DNA of 64,000 nucleotides from an uncultured Actinomycetota bacterium (GTDB lineage: Bacteria > Actinomycetota > Actinomycetes > JAHEKZ01): assembly GCA_963726755.1 (NCBI GenBank), contig CAVSDB010000001.1, forward strand, positions 429,127 through 493,126. Direction: 5' to 3'. Shown here in pieces: positions 61,983-64,000 of the stretch. Below the pieces are notes generated by a model that did not search any database, was not told where the DNA came from, and saw nothing but the letters and a program-made list of their open reading frames with translations. The translations under genes were made by a program, and so were the position numbers. Numbering within the stretch: position 1 is the first letter of the stretch; every line of letters begins with the position of its first letter.

Positions 61983-62529
61983 TCGATTGCCCGAGCCCTA
62001 TGGCCTTCACCATCAACTGAGTTCGTTCGGAGGCGCGACGCAGCGTCCCGCCGTCATCCCAGTCGTACTCCGTGACATCCCAGACATCCGTAGGTCGGTA
62101 GCCGAGCCTTGCGTACAACCGGGCTGCTCCCGGATTGTCGTCACCGACTCCCAGGGCGGCGACGGGAATGCCCCGGTCCTGGAGGAGTGCCTCAGCGGCG
62201 GCGATCAGCTGAGTCCCAACTGCGAGGCGTTGCCAAGCGGGTCGCACCTGAAGGTGGTTGATCTCAACAGCGTTCGGGAAGCCGCTGCGTGCATTCGGCC
62301 CGACGCAGCCACCCCACTGCACCATGCAATAGCCCGTCGCCTCGTCGGCTTTCCACGCGACTAGGAACGTCGACTGCCCAGTCTGTTGTGCCGCGAAGTG
62401 CGCCTCATGGACTTTGACCTGCTCTGGCCAGGAGGTGGCCAACGCCGCTAGATCGTGCTCGCTGCAAGGGCGCGTCTCCACCATCTGATTGCAGCATGGA
62501 CCGGCTGTTCCGCCGCACCACACTGGCAT
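61972..62529 (-). CDS. GNAT-family N-acetyltransferase
   Basis: ..QRLAVGTQLIAAAEALLQDRGIPVAALGVGDDNPGAARLYARLGYR.. (acetyl-CoA-binding motif A-like). The start is uncertain (62529 or 62484). Confidence 0.6.
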   Translation of the reverse strand: MPVWCGGTAGPCCNQMVETRPCSEHDLAALATSWPEQVKVHEAHFAAQQTGQSTFLVAWKADEATGYCMVQWGGCVGPNARSGFPNAVEINHLQVRPAWQRLAVGTQLIAAAEALLQDRGIPVAALGVGDDNPGAARLYARLGYRPTDVWDVTEYDWDDGGTLRRASERTQLMVKAIGLGQSTIY

Positions 62530-62586
62530 CTGATGCTGATTGACGAGTGCCTAGAGCCTGAATGAGAGTCAAATAATTCAACTGCA

Positions 62587-62602
62587 TTGATCATATGATC
62601 AA
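62587..62602. promoter_or_regulatory. perfect 16-bp palindrome TTGATCATATGATCAA in an AT-rich divergent promoter region. Candidate operator for the adjacent TetR-family regulator.
   Basis: The palindrome is seen directly. It lies 77 bp upstream of the TetR gene start (62679) in a roughly 150-bp stretch of about 35% GC. Confidence 0.45.
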
Positions 62603-62678
62603 CAAAGTTCCAGAAAAATATTGGATTGTTGTCGCAACTAACCTTGAATCATTTACTGAATGTGGTTAAGTTTATTTC

Positions 62679-63317
62679 ATGGCGAGACCAAGCAAACAGG
62701 GTGAACGCCGGGAGGAGATCCGTCAGGCGGCTGCCCGCGCCATCATCAGTGGCTCAGGTCAGCCTCCCCTTCGCTTGACGGATGTGGCGAGAGAGGCCGG
62801 GATGACGCCGGCGGCGATCCTCTACTACTACGCGGATGTCGACGAGTTGCTGCGTGAGTGTGCGCGGCATGCAATGACTCGCTACACCGATGACCGATTG
62901 CGGCACTTGGAGTCGCACACGGACCCGACACAACAATTGGCGGCGGTGCTCGCCGAGAGTTTGCCGCAGGGACCGGATGATCCCGACTGGGTGCTGTACT
63001 TCGCCGACGCCTCCTCTGGTCGCGATCCGGCTCGAGCAGTGGTCAGTTGCGCAATCTTCGACGCATCAGTAGAGATTTATCGCCAGATTCTGCATCGCGG
63101 TGCCGAGATGGGCGTCTTTCATCTGATTGACAGCCCGCTGGCGATCGCGCGGACGCTGGGAGCGCTCGAGGACGGTCTGGCCATCTACATCGTCAACCGG
63201 CACCCGGTCATCGATCGAATCGAGGCCACCCAGATGGTCTTGCGCTACGTGCAGGCGGCTACCGGAGTCGACCTCAGCAGCGTGGATTTGAAAGCGCTTA
63301 GTGAGCAGCCTGTATGA
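62679..63317 (+). CDS. TetR-family transcriptional regulator
   Basis: ..RREEIRQAAARAIISGSGQPPLRLTDVAREAGMTPAAILYYYADVDELL.. HTH. 212 aa. Confidence 0.8.
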   Translation: MARPSKQGERREEIRQAAARAIISGSGQPPLRLTDVAREAGMTPAAILYYYADVDELLRECARHAMTRYTDDRLRHLESHTDPTQQLAAVLAESLPQGPDDPDWVLYFADASSGRDPARAVVSCAIFDASVEIYRQILHRGAEMGVFHLIDSPLAIARTLGALEDGLAIYIVNRHPVIDRIEATQMVLRYVQAATGVDLSSVDLKALSEQPV

Positions 63318-64000
63318 AGACAACGCCGTTTCACAGCCGAACGCTGCCGCTAAATCACGAACTGTCGTGGTACGAGTGGGACGGGTGGGTTGTTCCCGAC
63401 TCCTACGACGACATGTACGCAGAGCTGCGCGCGACACGGGAGCGAGCGTCGATGGCAGACATGTCACCGATGTCGAAGTATGAGATCTCCGGTCCGCAGG
63501 CAGGGCAGTTCCTCGACTTTCTAGTGACCCGTGACATGTCCACTGTCGAAGTGGGTCAGGCCGTCTACACCCCGTGGTGCGACGACGCGGGAAGGCTGCT
63601 CTGTGACGGCGTGGTGTTTCGCCTTGGCGAAGACCGGTTCCTAGTGACCGCCGACCCGCACATGATCTGGTTCAGCCAGCGAGCTCAGGGTTACGACGTC
63701 TCAATAGCCGACGTCACAGAAGACCTAGGGCTCCTGGCCGTGCAGGGACCTCACTCGCAGCAGGTCATGGAAGCACTCACCGGGACAGACTGGGGGGATC
63801 TCCCATTCTCCCGGTGCCGAACGATTGATGTGGCTGGGGCGAGAATCGTCGTCGCACGTCAGGGGTTCACGGGGGAGCACGGGTACGAACTGCAGGTACC
63901 CAGGGACGCTTGCCCCGACGTGTGGGACGCACTTACCGCAGCCGGAGAACCCTGCTGCAAGGCCGCGTCTCCACGCTCACATTGGACCAGTTCAACGTGC
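63314..64000 (+). CDS. glycine-cleavage T-protein-family aminomethyltransferase-like protein (5' part; continues past the window end)
   Basis: Translation from the ATG at 63314 gives MKTTPFHSRTLPLNHELSWYEWDGWVVPDSYDDMYAELRATRERASMADMSPMSKYEISGPQAGQFLDFLVTRDMS...GFTGEHGYELQVP. The frame is open to 64000 and overlaps the TetR stop. Confidence 0.7.
   Translation, partial: MKTTPFHSRTLPLNHELSWYEWDGWVVPDSYDDMYAELRATRERASMADMSPMSKYEISGPQAGQFLDFLVTRDMSTVEVGQAVYTPWCDDAGRLLCDGVVFRLGEDRFLVTADPHMIWFSQRAQGYDVSIADVTEDLGLLAVQGPHSQQVMEALTGTDWGDLPFSRCRTIDVAGARIVVARQGFTGEHGYELQVPRDACPDVWDALTAAGEPCCKAASPRSHWTSSTC

Noticed and set aside
1-64000. CRISPR arrays, IS elements and transposases
   Set aside because: There are no regularly spaced short repeats and no transposase-like ORFs. 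The only tandem repeats are the 44-bp pair at 53.1 kb and the 13-bp pair at 28.5 kb.

Overview
This 64-kb window is a gene-dense, roughly 60% GC chromosomal segment of an actinobacterium. It encodes a mycothiol-dependent enzyme, DUF559 and DUF779 proteins, and an orn/tRNA-His neighbourhood reminiscent of Corynebacteriales. I could support about 55 protein genes and three tRNAs, all on the minus strand: tRNA-Lys(CTT), tRNA-His(GTG) and tRNA-Arg(TCT).

Gene content is mostly housekeeping and accessory metabolism:
- Respiration: cytochrome bd oxidase cydA and cydB.
- Peptidases: pepN (M1), an M20 peptidase, an S9 peptidase, a CocE/NonD S15 hydrolase, and a second short M1 peptidase.
- Metabolism: malic enzyme, pyruvate oxidase/dehydrogenase (poxB-like), two aldehyde dehydrogenases with a DUF779 partner, an FMN-binding glutamate-synthase-like protein, a formylglycine-generating enzyme, fdhD, oligoribonuclease, and two universal stress proteins.
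- Transporters: an NCS1 permease, a PiT phosphate transporter, and a SulP anion transporter.
- Regulators: a LuxR/LAL-type regulator (partial), PucR, LysR, and two TetR regulators.
- A class III nucleotide cyclase.

Three things stand out.

First, the most interesting locus is at 45.3-51.5 kb. It holds an intact 1287-aa Pls/PosA-family single-module NRPS: an adenylation domain, a carrier domain, and three membrane-embedded tandem C-terminal domains. This architecture is that of homopoly(amino acid) synthetases such as epsilon-poly-L-lysine synthetase. Its specificity-pocket residues, as I read them, resemble a lysine code. Its stop codon overlaps the start of a short M1 zinc peptidase (ATGA), so the two are probably translationally coupled. 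Convergent to the peptidase are an Sfp-type phosphopantetheinyl transferase (PPTase) and an I78-family peptidase-inhibitor lipoprotein.

Second, a low-GC, 600-bp intergenic region (52.68-53.27 kb) sits upstream of a dimethylglycine-oxidase-like gene. It contains a 35-codon ORF with a strong Shine-Dalgarno sequence, GTGAAC/GTTCAC repeat motifs, and a 42-44 bp tandem direct repeat.

Third, at least 12 conserved genes are interrupted by single-base frameshifts, and cydB carries a 22-bp palindromic insertion. I interpret the single-base events mainly as draft-assembly indel errors rather than biology. This limits confidence in exact CDS boundaries throughout.

No CRISPR array, prophage, integrase or IS element was seen.
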